Part shown: piece by piece, positions 24,501 to 37,793 of the stretch
Layout of the letters: every line of letters begins with the position of its first letter
Numbering within the stretch: the first letter of the stretch is position 1
Assembly: GCF_002105155.1 (NCBI RefSeq)
Contig: NW_019029021.1
Span: 1 to 64,000, forward strand
Length of the DNA: 64,000 nt
From: Lobosporangium transversale
Taxonomy: Eukaryota
Direction of reading: 5' to 3'
Notes under the pieces: model-generated
The model's database searches: none
Seen by the model: only the letters and a program-made list of their open reading frames with translations
Told to the model about the DNA's origin: nothing
Position numbers and translations under genes: made by a program

Positions 24501-27047
24501 TTGTTGAGAGCGGCTCATTACCAAAGGGCCTAGACCCCAAAGGCTATATGGCTTTATTACAGCGGTTCCCAAAACCGAATTTGCCTTAGGGACCACAAAC
24601 CGCACCCCAGAAGGCGCTCGTCCATTGCTCACCATCGAATCTGTTGTGGGGCATGGTAAGGGTCGAATCGGGTTGCGAGCAGTACCGCTGTTGCTGCTGT
24701 TGCTGCTGTTGCTGCTGTTGCTGCTGCTAGTGTTATTACCGTCATCGCCAGATTGGGATGAAGAAGAATCGGTATTTTCGCCTAGTGGAGAAACGATTTC
24801 GGTAGCAGCACGGATCCGAACGAGCTCAAAGAGCGAAACCGGAAGAGAGTGCCGTAATATAAACGACTCTGTACCTAAGCGGATGTACACGTTTCTAGGG
24901 AAGGGGGGGAGGAGGAAAATAAAAAAAGAATGACAAGGTTAAAATTGCAAGTAGCGTTCAATAAAAAAAAGAAAGCGACTTAAAGATCATACCATGGATT
25001 AGTACAAAATAGAGAGTAAACTCACGCGGTTAACCGATAATTGATAGAAGCATGTGTGCTCTTGAACGTCCCAGTCACTTTCTCTGGGACACGTATTTGA
25101 ATGGAGATGCCCTGACACGTGCCTGGAACAATGTATCCAGGCTGAAATGAGTCGGGAACCACTGGTATGGATAATGAAGGGCTAGAGGCATCGGACGAAC
25201 CAGCGATAACGGGGGGCAGGGAAGCGTCAGTGAAAGGTTTCCCTTGTCGGGGGGTTGGAAATAGAAGTCGGGATGGTACTGTTGTTGGAGTCAAAGTCAA
25301 ATGTGTAGATGATGCTCTGGCATTAGATGATTCCTGTATCCATCTGAGGTCTTTGATTGAGAGCTTTTGAGTTTCGTGTAGAAAACAGTAATGGTCTACC
25401 CGTGCCCGTGAGAGTAGTCCTGCGCCAGTTACGACTTCTAGAGTGACAGATTAATATGGTAGTTAAATCTTTTTCTGTCAGACGCAAAGCAAAGTGAAAT
25501 AGGGATATCAAAAAACTTCTTCTCTTCCCTTCTACTTCTACATCCGTCCAAACATTACCTTCATTCCCAGTAAGCTCGATCTCAATACCTTCAACGCACA
25601 CCATCCATTCATGTTGTATGTTGTGTTTCCGATAGACAGAGCTCTCCTTTTCCTTGTTACTGCTAGAATTGTTGATATTCGTTTTTTTGTTGCTGATTTT
25701 CTCCTTTATCTTGCCTTTCCTCTCACTTTTAGCTATAGCGGCTTTCATTTCGGGTCTTTTCAAATCTATGGCACTGATAACTAACATGCCTTCCAACATC
25801 TCCCCTCCAGGCTTAATGGGCTCTGGAACTGTCCAGTCCAATTTGACATTAGGATGTTTATGCAGTAGGTTGCAGATGTGCGATCGTTGGGAGCCACAAC
25901 TATTTTCATCGCCATTTTCATTTCCATGTTTGCCGAAATACTCATGGCCTTGACAATGATGTTGGTTCTGTACAAGGGTAGCATTTTTCGATCCTGAGTT
26001 AAGCCCTGAGTTCCCACCAGTCCATTCCTGTTCCCCCCACTCTTTCCCTTCTGCTTGCTGAGATTGGTCTTTAACAGTGGTGGAAGGGATGAAATTAAAC
26101 GAAAGCGGTGTTGATTCTGTTGACGCTGCAAGGTCAGACCGCGCAGAGGATAGAGCGAACCCAGAACCAGAATCGAAATCGAGTTCATTTCTTCCACAGC
26201 TTCGCCTCTGCCTGCGGTTGCCGTTACCGCTACTGTTGTCATTGCCATTGCTATTACTAATATTGTTACCGTTGTTGCTTTTGTTATCGTTACTATCGTC
26301 GCATAGCCTCGCCCCACGGAAGAGAGAGCCAAGGCACGTGGTTGGCTCCGATAATGTAACTGTTGCTGCTGGTATATGGGCTTTATCACTACTGCGACTG
26401 CATTTTGAAGCCAGATCTGACAAATACTTCAACGAGCCTCTGTTCATTCTTCTGAAGATTCCATTATGCACATCACTCTTATCAGTTGAGCCTGCAATCG
26501 TAACGGTTTTATGATGAGCAAGATGACGAAAGTGCTTTTGATGCAGCTCACATTCATTGTGCTGAAGGTGCCCTTTGGCGTTAGTATCCGCACAAGGGTA
26601 GTCATTTCCTTTACATTGAGAGTGTTGACGTCCCGTTCCCGATAGGGGATCATTTCCTACTTTGGAGCATGAGAGATAACTGCCCCTTTTCTGGATATCC
26701 TTTGAAGAGCTGTTGTGGTCGGCATCGCGCCTATGGAGATAATGATGCTGAGAAGTGAAGGAAGAAGGGGAAGGAAGATGAGGAGGATGAACCTGGATAT
26801 CTTTTGAAGGCGAAGACTGATGGTGGGAAGAAAACTCTGTTTGCGCACAGACGTTATCGGAGTGTGAATGAATTGATGTGACAGTCTCCAACGCGTCCGT
26901 GGCCATCCTGACTGTGGCCAGAATATCTTGCGGATCATCGTGGTAATGGTTTGAAGATGCAGTGCCAAGCGCTCCATTAGATATTTCCTTAGTAGCGGCA
27001 GGCGCTGTACTTGCTGGTTGCTTGTTGGTATCAAGGGAAACGTTCAT
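21512..27047 (-). CDS. Large alpha-arrestin-like protein with long low-complexity N- and C-terminal regions; about 4 exons
   Basis: Arrestin-fold segments after splicing: IKPGGEMLEGML, IEIELTGNE|EV..FLHETQ, IQIRVPEKVTGTFKSTHASINYRLTA|NVYI, HIP|ENALTILDRELFKVEYMFVIKF, LEVPIEIV. Confidence 0.7.
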
Positions 27048-28931
27048 TATTATTGAGTGATAGCTGTGATGTGATGAGTAGAATGAATGGAATGAAGAGA
27101 AAAAAAAAAAGAAAAGCCGAGGGTATAACTGGGGTATATTATCTTACACGATACTGAGCAATGGAGAAAAGAATAATACCAAGCAGTCAAAGCATAAAAA
27201 AAATACTAAAAAATAATAAATGAAAATTCTTTGAGGTCAGTATATTCGTTTTTTTAGGATAAAGCTAGTGTGCAGTGGAAAGGTTGACTTTGTAGATCGT
27301 GCAACAGATGATTCTTCTTACCATGGAATACTCCTTTTCGTCCTACTTACTTTTTGTCCTACTCACTTCACTTTTTGTCACACGAAAGTATTCAAAAGGG
27401 AAATAGAAGTATGTGCATGTGATTCGGATGCAAAGTTGGTCGTACATATACACCTTCTTTATTATTTTAGTGCTGAAGGTACTGTTGCTGGTAACACAGG
27501 TCAATTGTAGATGTACCTCTTGAGTAGGAAGTGAAGAAATATCGTTTTTTTTTTTTTTAAAAGTAGAGAGATAGCATATCAATCGAATCCAAGGGCAAAA
27601 GGGCGTAGCAAGAATAGCACTAAACGAGACGCTGCAGAACAATGCAAGAGGATCACGAGTGTGCGAGTGAGAAAGAGAGCCATAAGAAAAAATGAAAAGA
27701 ACAAGAAGGAAAAAAGGCTAAAAGGTCAATCAAAGAAATGTTTACAAAGAAAACGATAGTAGCAACAGTAATAAAAAATAAGTAACGACTGATAATAATA
27801 ATACAGAGGACCATTATTTTCATTTATACCATGCAGCTTTTTTGTTTGTTTGTAGGATTCTAGTTTCCCTGTTCTTCACCAACTGCAACTGCCCCTTTCC
27901 CTCGTTTATTTTGTTGTGTCATATCATGTGTTCATGCACGCACTAATTGACAACAATAAAAACCTTTTTTAATTTTTTTTTTTTTTTTTTTTTTTTTTTG
28001 GATTGCGGCGTATCGCTTCAAGTCAAAGCAAGAAAGCTGGAAAACAGTCAAGATAAGTAAGAGTGAAAGCAGAGAAAAAAAAAAATCAGTCAGTCCGCTA
28101 AATATGAAGTCGAAGTCTTGACGGATTTTTTATTGGGTCTCATTAAAATCTGAAGCAGTGCAGTTCACCAGCCATCACGTGAGGGCAGTTTTTTCAAATC
28201 ATGTCAATGAACGTTTATATCGATAAAATGATCTGCAAAAAAGAGCGTAAATTATCAACTTTAAAGGCTTTAAGAAATAGAGTATATACATGTAAAAGTA
28301 CAAAACTCAAATGCTCCACCTTCGGAATTGGAAAATTGGGGTGTGATTATAATTTTGGTTATAGATCTGCCCATTCTAGGCTAGGCTAGGCTAGGCTCTA
28401 GGCTTAAGGACGTTTTTTAAAATTGAACGTTGTAAAAAAAGTCTCTTCATTTTTTTTTTATTTAAATGGGTAGAATGAACCATAATCACTATCCATTTTC
28501 TCTGATTTCCTTCTTCATTTCTCCCTCTTCCCAGTAAGAACACTCGTAGACTCGTGAAATTACAACGTTGATTCACTACCCAAACCTTATGATCTGAGGT
28601 CTAGCTACATTTAAGGGTGTGAACAAAAGTTTTGCCTCGCTTCCTTTTATTGCATGAATGAATATGCAATCTGAATACAAACAAATAAACATTAACGCAC
28701 AAAAATTCCAGAACCGAAGAAATACTGAGCAAGTATGGACGGATATATTGCTTTCTATTTTATTTGGTGAGACTACTAATACAAATTGCTTTTCTTATGA
28801 TTGGTACAGACAGTTATAATTTAGATATGTTGATTCAAAACTTGTAGATTGCTGGATCTTATGCATCATGGGTGGATTACGGAGCCGGGATAGAAAAAAG
28901 TCGCGGATTTTGTGTAAGGGATCCTGTAAAT

Positions 28932-28968
<37 letters not shown>

Positions 28969-29036
28969 GTATTCTTCTTGCCGCTTGGCCGAATTGTCCA
29001 CAATGCTTGAACCAAAGAAAAAAAAAAAAGTGATGG

Positions 29037-29330
29037 CTATACTGCGGTAGGGCGACTTCCACTGGCCTGACCCCCATTATTGTTCTCGTTCTTATCCCCG
29101 CTCTGGCCTTGCCCTTGACGTTTATTAGCTGGACTTTTGTCTTTGGCTGATTGGACCTTAGTTTGATTTCCTTCGTTTTCATTTGAGAAATGAAAGTAGC
29201 TTTGGCCTGGGACAGCCATTTCTTCTTCTACAGACTCTTGTAGGAGCATTTCGCTGGAGTCATTGTTAATTACTTGGGGGTTGGCAGAGTTGCGCATGTC
29301 CGTTGTTGAGCGTTTACTGGCGAGATTCAT
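29037..29330 (-). CDS. Small hydrophilic hypothetical protein (97 aa)
   Basis: ATG in AAAACCATG context with a CT-rich upstream region and poly(A) downstream. Polar, disordered composition. No recognisable domain. Confidence 0.45.
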   Translation of the reverse strand: MNLASKRSTTDMRNSANPQVINNDSSEMLLQESVEEEMAVPGQSYFHFSNENEGNQTKVQSAKDKSPANKRQGQGQSGDKNENNNGGQASGSRPTAV

Positions 29331-29941
29331 GGTTTTTAAATGGGTGGAGAGATGGTTTCTTTTTCAGAAAGAGTTGCGGAGAGCTTGTAAAAGGTGAGAA
29401 GACAAGAGTGAAAAAGAGTTGATAAATATAAAGAGTTTAGATGTATAAAAGGATGAGAGTAAGGAAAGGAGACCTTTTTATGAATTAGGTATAAGAGAGA
29501 GTGCTTGTTGCTTTCGTGAATAATATCGCAGGAAGTAAAGAGAGAGAGAGAGTAGATGAAGGGTGCGAGCGAATGTTTTATCGTGGAAATGGACTTTCGG
29601 ACTATTGGGATACGCCACAAGAGCCGTTGCGTTTAACAGCGGGAATCCAGGCACATATAAAAATAAATATACGATACATGCTATATACAAAAACAAAGAG
29701 ATTATGGTCCTCCTTCTTACACGGGTCCCGCGTCAGCTTTCCCGTACGTCATTCTGCTCTACCGTTGCTATTTTTTATTATTCTTTAGTGGCTCTTTTGT
29801 TCTTTTTTTATTCCTACGCTCAACACTTTGGAACGATAGAAGGAGAAAAAAGAAAAAAAAGAAAAGAGGAAAAGAAAAAGGAAAAAAAGGATGTAAAGAA
29901 AAGAGAATAGGAAAGAGCTACGTTAAGCTGGATAAGGGCGA

Positions 29942-29978
<37 letters not shown>

Positions 29979-30175
29979 ATTATTGGAGTAATAAATCCCG
30001 AAACTACAGAGAGGGCATCGCCCCCTTTGCTCATAAATAAGGAAACGCGTCTGAGCGCATGCAATAATAGAAGAGCATGGAAAACTGCCTTTTTTTTTAT
30101 TTTTTATTTTTTATTCTTATATGGACCAATAGCATAAAAGCATATACTGACAGTGATACCAATATCCAGTCCATT

Positions 30176-30697
30176 CTAGTGATGTATGCCCGTTAAATGA
30201 AGAACTATAAAAGTAATACAAAGGATGCTTAAGGCGACCAACGACATATTCTTGCTCAACGGAGATCCTTCATAAGAGAAGCACATTGTGAAGACCACTG
30301 TGAGGTCAAAACTAGCGAGCGATAGTAGCAATTGCTCTGGTAGCAAAGTAGGCGGCTGCTCTGTCTCTTTTGGTTGAGGGATTGGAATATTACTATTGCA
30401 CTCGTTGTTCTCGTACTTGTGAAGGACATGTGCCGGCAGTGGTATCATTATAGTGCTCTCCTGGCTTTTAGTCCAATGATTGGAGGCGTTAGGATAATCT
30501 TTCAAAGGTTGTAGAGGGAGGGAGAGCACAAAAGCAGGGCTAAGGACAGAGATATTGTCGATAGGCATGATGACACTGCACAGGGGAGGTGCACTTGTGG
30601 GATCCACAGGCCTTGATGACTGTAAAAGATCATGATTGGTGGCTGCTACAATAGTTTCTCGAAATGGACTTGATGAATCAAATCTGAATGTCTGCAT
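30176..30697 (-). other. Possible hypothetical gene or degraded coding fragment
   Basis: 173-aa ORF extendable to a TAG acceptor near 30783. The upstream region has stops and no recognisable domain. Confidence 0.25.
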
Positions 30698-31619
30698 CTT
30701 TTTGCCTTGTCCAGATGATGCTACGATTATGGTATGGTCAAGTGATTGCTTATTTAGACAGCGCCCGGCCCTTGCTAAAAGTCTAAGGGAAGAATTGAAT
30801 ATTTATGAAAAGTCGATAGTAATGAGGAATGGATGAGGAAGGATACAGTGGTCATTACGCAAGCTGAGTAGCGTCTCTAAATACATGGATGCAGTATGGT
30901 CGTTCCTAAGATATATCGAGACTATTATTGGAGTATTATCATGACACAGTAGCAGTTAGACTCGATAGAAGGAGTTTTGGAGAATTGGAGTTGGGTGAAT
31001 TCCACATTTTCCACACGGTAATTCGGACGTACAGTTGGCGAAGTGGCTGTGAGTCACGAGCAAAGCGCTTATTTAAGATTATATTGATTATATTGATTGA
31101 TTTAGACAGTCCCACATCACACAGAAAACGTTCTGCTTCATTGTTTGATTTACATGCATGATAGACAAAAATAAATATCATCGAGACATGAAACTTGAAA
31201 CTTACACATTCGATCCGTTTACATTCTACAAAAATAAAACTCAGACACAATAATGGTGCGTTGTGAATGCCGCCCATCTCGCCAGTCAGCAATAAGACTA
31301 CAATGTCGCAATTTCATTCACTCATCCTCGCAGTTGGCAGTAGTTGTCAGGCATCATTAGGTTAATGAGTTGACATTTAAAGTCTCTTTATTTTTTATTT
31401 AGTTTATAACTTGACTTAAATTTGTGGTGTATTGATCCAATGCTTCAGGTATAAAAAAAAACTTTTTTTTTTTTTTTCTTTTTTCTTTTTTTTTTCTTTT
31501 TCTATTTTTCTATTTTTTTTCTTTAAATAAATACGTCTTGGGCAGTCAAGTCTCTAAGACCGTTCTTCAAAATTATTGCACGACAAACATGTTGGTCGGA
31601 TCCTTTTGATCTGTCGACT

Positions 31620-32047
31620 TAAGCAGGAGTCTGATCCACCCAAGCATTGTTATTGCTGCTATCAGAACTGTCACTGCTATTAGAACTGTTGCTACTGTCA
31701 GCGGTCGTGCTGTCAACTGAACTGGCGATAGTGGTCAAAGGTGAAAAGATGGAAGATGGAGTGATATAAGGATCAGTTTTACGGAACAATATTGATAGTC
31801 ATAGCATAAGTCTGCGTATCTACATTGGATATCTTGTCAGCATAGGATTTACCGTCGGGAGGCTGATTCAAGGCGTGATCAGGAACCTGATCGACTTCTG
31901 CTTCGAGAATATTGCCGTCGAGGTTACGGTCCTCAGCAACACCAATGATATCTGGGGGAAGCAACTGTTCGTTTGAAGTTTGTGGGGAGACAATCCTACG
32001 CATGAATTTTTTGGTACTATTCATCATGTTGATTGGCTTGCTGTGGA
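31620..32047 (-). pseudogene. Possible frameshifted orphan ORF
   Basis: The MMNSTKKFMRRIVSP... ORF stops at 31779. A Ser/Asp/Asn-rich coding-like frame (TDPYITPSS...SSNSSNSSDSSDSSNNNAW) continues in another frame to about 31620. Confidence 0.25.
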
Positions 32048-33240
32048 ATGAAGGAGTGGTTGCTATAATGGAGTGATGATGAGATATTGGCCCTGGATTG
32101 ATAATAGGAGGAATGATGTCGGGACGGAGGGCCAAGGAGGCAAGTAGGTGGGGTGAGTGAGGAGCTATTTATACTGATGATCAGAATGAAAAAAAAAAAA
32201 AAAAAAAAAAAAAAAAGGTAAAGTTGGAGAGCCACAGGGGAAGGCAAAGCACGGTCATTGCTCATGGACATGTGGAATGAAGTTGCTGTGAACAGTGCTC
32301 AGTTGTTTAATTTTATTACTCTGCAATCCTTTACTCTCGCTCTCGGCAGGAATTTTACCGTTTACCATATTGCTACCTGGACTAAAAGAAAGAAATAAAA
32401 GTTGGAGTTGGATCCCTCTATCATTCTATTATATGGGATGGTCCCCTTTCTCTTTTGATCTTGTAGTTGTGATGGTTTGAGTGGCAGTGACAAGTAAATA
32501 TAGCAATTGTGCAGTTGTTTCAAATGAAGCATTTAAGCATAATGTCTGACCTCATGTCATACGCGTACGAACTCAAATTGCTCTAGTATAAAAAAACTAA
32601 GAATGAAACACTCTATACCATAAATAGTCGAGCAATTGAGATCGTTCAAGACAACGACACTCCCTCCTCTTTCCAATACAAAAGTTACTGTCCACTTCCT
32701 CCCTCCCACCACTTCCTTTTTTTTTTTTTTTTTTTTTTTTTTTTCCTGGATATAGAGAGAGAATAGTTCAAATACCGAGGGGGCAAAGGCAGCTAGTTAA
32801 ATGAAATTGCTCTTGGGAAATGATGCACTTACAAATGCATACTGTATACAATGTTTGTTAATCAAATCAAGGAACCATTTCCGAAAAGACCATTCACTTT
32901 TTACTCCCCTTGTTTATTTATTTGTTTTTTATTTCGTTATTATCTTTCTACTACCATTTTAATCATTGCTTTCAGCTCCCTCTAGGGACATAAATAGATT
33001 TACCATGTATGCCTGTGATTAATATCTGACGTGGATACCATACTACTTGAAGTATCGCTACAGGCTCTTCTCTTTCCCATCGAATCCAACATGACACCCT
33101 CAACAACACCGCTGTGCGCAATTATACAAATGCACGTGTTGCCTTTTTTTTTTTTTTTTTTTTTTCTCCTTCAAAGAGTTGTTCAACTTTCACAAGCAAG
33201 AACGCATCAACGATGTCGCAATTCTTCGTGATCACTATCC

Positions 33241-33314
<74 letters not shown>
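33241..33314. repeat. (TAT)n trinucleotide microsatellite, about 24 units
   Basis: Directly visible perfect tandem repeat. Confidence 0.97.
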
Positions 33315-33319
<5 letters not shown>

Positions 33320-33761
33320 TTCTTATTCTGTCAACGAGCATATTTTGCAGATCAAGGTTACAAAATCGGAAAATATACTGTTCTTAAACATGCCATTGTA
33401 TATATATATATATATGATATAATTGATGTTACCAATCTGGCAGGCTTTTTTGTTTTATTTTATGTTATTTTATTTTTACTCTTAGTCTTTTCAATGGGCG
33501 AGTAAACATGACCCCTGCGTCCAGGTTATCGCCGTTTGTAAAATAATGTTTGTTCTATCTGTGTTGCACAGTTGATGAATATGTAGACTATTCAATATTG
33601 TGGTTACGATAAAGAGCAAAAAGGAAAAATGCTGACAGACACTAACTACTTTCCTCCTCCCCCACCAATGTTTGTATAAACATCACTTGTGCGTTTTCAC
33701 TCACTCTCCCACACGGGGCTCTTTTTGTTTATTTTTGCTGTAGTAGGCTATTGTGTGCCTT

Positions 33762-33792
<31 letters not shown>

Positions 33793-34453
33793 GCATTAAT
33801 GCAAATATACAGGTTAATGATAAAAATCTTACTTTAAAACTTTAAAATGATTACAATATTAGAGTTCAATTCCCTAAACAATACATATATATTAATACAT
33901 GCAAACCTCTAAATGGATCTGTTGCAAAGTGTGAATGAACTCTTCATGTTTTGTAATGGATCCTTCGTGTCTAATTCAATGAATATATCTTCAATACATT
34001 TGTGTAATTGCGTGGACTAAACAAATGTGCAACAGGCATGTGTTAGTAAACAAAGGACAAGGGGATTTGTTTGTTTCTTTTATTAAAATGTGTGCATTCT
34101 TGACCTTTATTCCCCTTGTTTTGTTGCTGTATTATGGCTCTCTAGCCATGTACGCGTATATCAATCATCCTATTTAGCTCTCTTTCCCCAGCAAATAGAA
34201 TGAAAAGGTGATCGCGCTCTCATCCTGTCTTATTAATTTTCCTTGGGAATGTCAAAAAAACGGCCAATCCCATCAATTACACATTTTATTCAATTGATGT
34301 TTGAATGGCTCATGCATGGTTTACAGCATTATTATTGGCAGACGTTTAAGCCAATGCTAACCTAGTATTTGAGTATTCGGTTTCTTCCTCGGCATACGTG
34401 TTGCTGTGCTTTTTCTTTTCTTTTTCTTTTTCTTTTTCTTTTCTTTTCTTTTT

Positions 34454-34489
<36 letters not shown>

Positions 34490-34572
34490 CCTTTGATCGA
34501 TTCTTAAATTAGCCGAAGCTGTCCTGGATCTGACTTTTATTAAAAGCTGTACGACCTTCTCCTATCACATTT

Positions 34573-35878
34573 CTAACTAATTGTTGGCTTTGGCTGTCGC
34601 TCCTGTAACTTTGCAGCAATTTCACGTTGCATATCCTGCTGTTTCTTCATCTTTGCTAACGATTCAATTGACCTTAAATCATTCACAACATCCTTTGTTT
34701 TACCAAAGTAGACATCCTTGAGCAGATGACGCATCTTGATTTCCATTTCCTCCACCATTCGTCCAATGTTTGCAACATGCATCGAGGGGTCATCCACCAC
34801 ATAGTCTTGCTCTGCCTATTGTATTATTATCATTGTTATTGTTAGTGTGTTACCCTCAGTCAGTAATAGCCCAAATATCAATGGAAATAAGCATGTGTCA
34901 ATTGAAGAACACACGACGCAAGGTATTTCACATCTTTGAAACAAATGACGTTTTCAAATAAATAAATAAAACCCACAAGTTCATGGCTCAAAGCTCAATG
35001 CCATTTCTCTCGATCCTTTATGCTCTCATCTCCCACACTCTCATAGCCACAAAGGTTTCTTTACCTGACGTGTCATACTTCCTGAGAGATTCATATGGCC
35101 CAAATCTGGCTTATTGGTCACCATGTGCAACATGACAGTGGATGTGAGTCGGTAGTGAGAATTGCGATTTTTCTCCTGTACCTCAAACACGTGAATCGAA
35201 TCCCATGCTCCTTTCATCCTACGAGCGCCATCGCCAACTAAATGGAAGAAAATAAAGATTAGAAAGAATATATTGGCGAGAATTGAACAGTTGAGTAAAT
35301 TACACATTTAAGGAAAAAAAAAAAAAAAAAAAAAAAAAAATTACCTTTTTTAATCAGTACAACTCCTGCAAAGCCTGGGCTAAGGTCCCAAAAGTATACT
35401 GATGAAACACCACCTTCGAAATAAAGTTCTCTGTAAGCATCAAATGCATCGTTGGCAGAAATCTCCAGTTTGCGAAGCCTGGCTGAAGGGTAGGTTGCAT
35501 CTGCCAATGGTGGAGTAAATTTATTTGACCACGGTGACCTATACAAGTAAAGCACATATACACATAGAAAAGCATTCATAAGAAGGTGTCTTTTTTTTTT
35601 TTTTTTTTTTTTTTCATTGTTGTTGTTACTACTACTATTATTTATATTTACCTGTAAGAATCTCCATCACGGTTGTATTCACAAAGCAAATACTCTTTCC
35701 CAGTCTCGGCGCAGGTTTGGACTTTGAGGGGTTGGTCCACTGTGTTGAGAAGGTCCTCCGTCAAGTCTGGAAGAAGTGTAATAAGTGATAGTAAATTTTT
35801 CTCTGCGTTTTGTGGAGGCAAACGACGCATCAGGTCAAGTGCAAAGTTCACTTGTGGGTTAACCTCTTCTTCTTCCAT
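34573..35878 (-). CDS. CAP2: F-actin capping protein beta subunit; 4 exons
   Basis: [107 protein letters not shown]. Confidence 0.97.
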
Positions 35879-36276
35879 ATCCTATCACAATTGATGAAAA
35901 AGAAGACGACACGCGTGCCAATGAAGCTGTTAAAACGTATTTTTTTTTTTTGTACCTTTTTTTTTTTTTTTTTTTTTTTTTTTGAGACTAAATAATGAAA
36001 GTCAAGACGATTTTGTCATTCGTGTTTCAAAAATGAGATGACCCTGATGTTCATCACCTACCATGGTTGTTAAAGTGAGTTGTGAAATTGAAAAACTATG
36101 TTGAGAGAGAGATAGTTCAGTGTTTGACTAGAGTTCATCCATCCACAAAAACCTGACAGATGACCGTTCTGGACAACGCGTAAAAGCCAATCGCATGTAC
36201 TACAATCACGTCACGAGCTTTTTTTTTTTTTTATTTTTTTTATTGGAAAGTCTAAATGTCTAAGCTAAAAAAAAAA

Positions 36277-36680
36277 CTATTGGAGATATTCTGCCAAACG
36301 ATCAACCACATAAGACATACTAGGTCTCCTCCTTGGGTCCTTACGCCACATATCCTGGATCAATATCAAAAGTGATTGAGGATACTTTCGCAACCGATCT
36401 AAAGGTGGTCTAACCTCCTTATCCCTGACAGCTTCATACAACTGATGCTCTGTCAAGTTGTGATAGGGATAACCTAATTCGGCCCAAGACAAGATCTCCC
36501 AGAAGATCAATCCACAGGCATAAACATCTACTTTTTCAGTGTATCGTGGTTTAGACGTCCAAAACTCGGGTGCTTGCCAATTGGGTGTTCCACATTGTGT
36601 ATGCATTGATGCATTAGGACGAGGTCGGATACGTGCTAGACCAAAATCATTAATCTTAGCTCGATCATCTGATGAGATCT

Positions 36681-36723
<43 letters not shown>

Positions 36724-37062
36724 GAAGTGAGAAAATTGAAGTCAGACTTTATGGATGGTAAAGTACATGGAAATAACTCCTTTTTCTTTTTAAATAAATA
36801 AGGCTCTTACCAAGATATTCATGGATTTCAAGTCCTATAAAATGAAGAGTGGGGAAAATAACACATGTCCAAGTTAGATGACAAGGGTTTGGCTCATGCT
36901 CTTAATTTAAGAGACCGACTATTAATCAGAGTCTAATCACTTACTCTATGAATGATGCTAGGGCGACGTGTGTGGAGATATGAGCATGCCTGTGATTAAT
37001 AAAAAGTAAAAGTTAAAAGTTAGAATACATTAACCTCTTGACGTTCTGCATTAGGATTTTTT

Positions 37063-37095
<33 letters not shown>

Positions 37096-37387
37096 CCTTT
37101 GGCTTCTTACAAGAGCAATGTCGTGCATATACATAATCTACAAATGAAGGCATGTATCGTTCAATGTACATTAGTTAATTGATGCAGAGCAAAATGATCT
37201 TGATTGAATGAAGAATAGTAATTTATTTTTTCTTAGTCATTCACATACCATGCGTCCAAATGAAGGTTTTTTGGTCCTGCGCATATAATCATACAAGTCT
37301 CCATGCTCGCAGAGCTCTGTCACAATGCAAAGATGTCGCACGTTTGTGCAAACACCTACAAAACGGACGACGTTTTCGTGCCGCAGT

Positions 37388-37425
<38 letters not shown>

Positions 37426-37762
37426 AAGAACATGGTTCACGTTGGTCAATAAGAGGTTAGGGTCGATCATGGTAACAAACAATAAATAAATAAAATGATC
37501 GACCCTTACTTGAGAACATCGATTTCGTGCTTCATTTCCATGATGTCGAGCTCTGTAAAGTTTTGAACACGCAACTCTCCGATCGCCACATCCTCCTATC
37601 CATCCCAGAGAAAAATAAACATTTTTTTTTTTTTTTTTTATAGTTGAAGATTGACAAACACATGTAGAAACAAATAAATAAATAAAGCGTAAAGATGGAA
37701 TAAAATAACATGTAGTAATAAAAATTGATCGCCCGCAACATGTATATTAAAAAAGAAAAGGA

Positions 37763-37793
<31 letters not shown>

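Noticed and set aside
28376..28403. (CTAGG)n repeat as a telomere-like seed
   Set aside because: Only 4-5 units and not the TTAGGG unit. Treated as an ordinary microsatellite.
33114..33505. Poly-Leu and poly-Ile ORFs
   Set aside because: Translations of the (TAT)n microsatellite.
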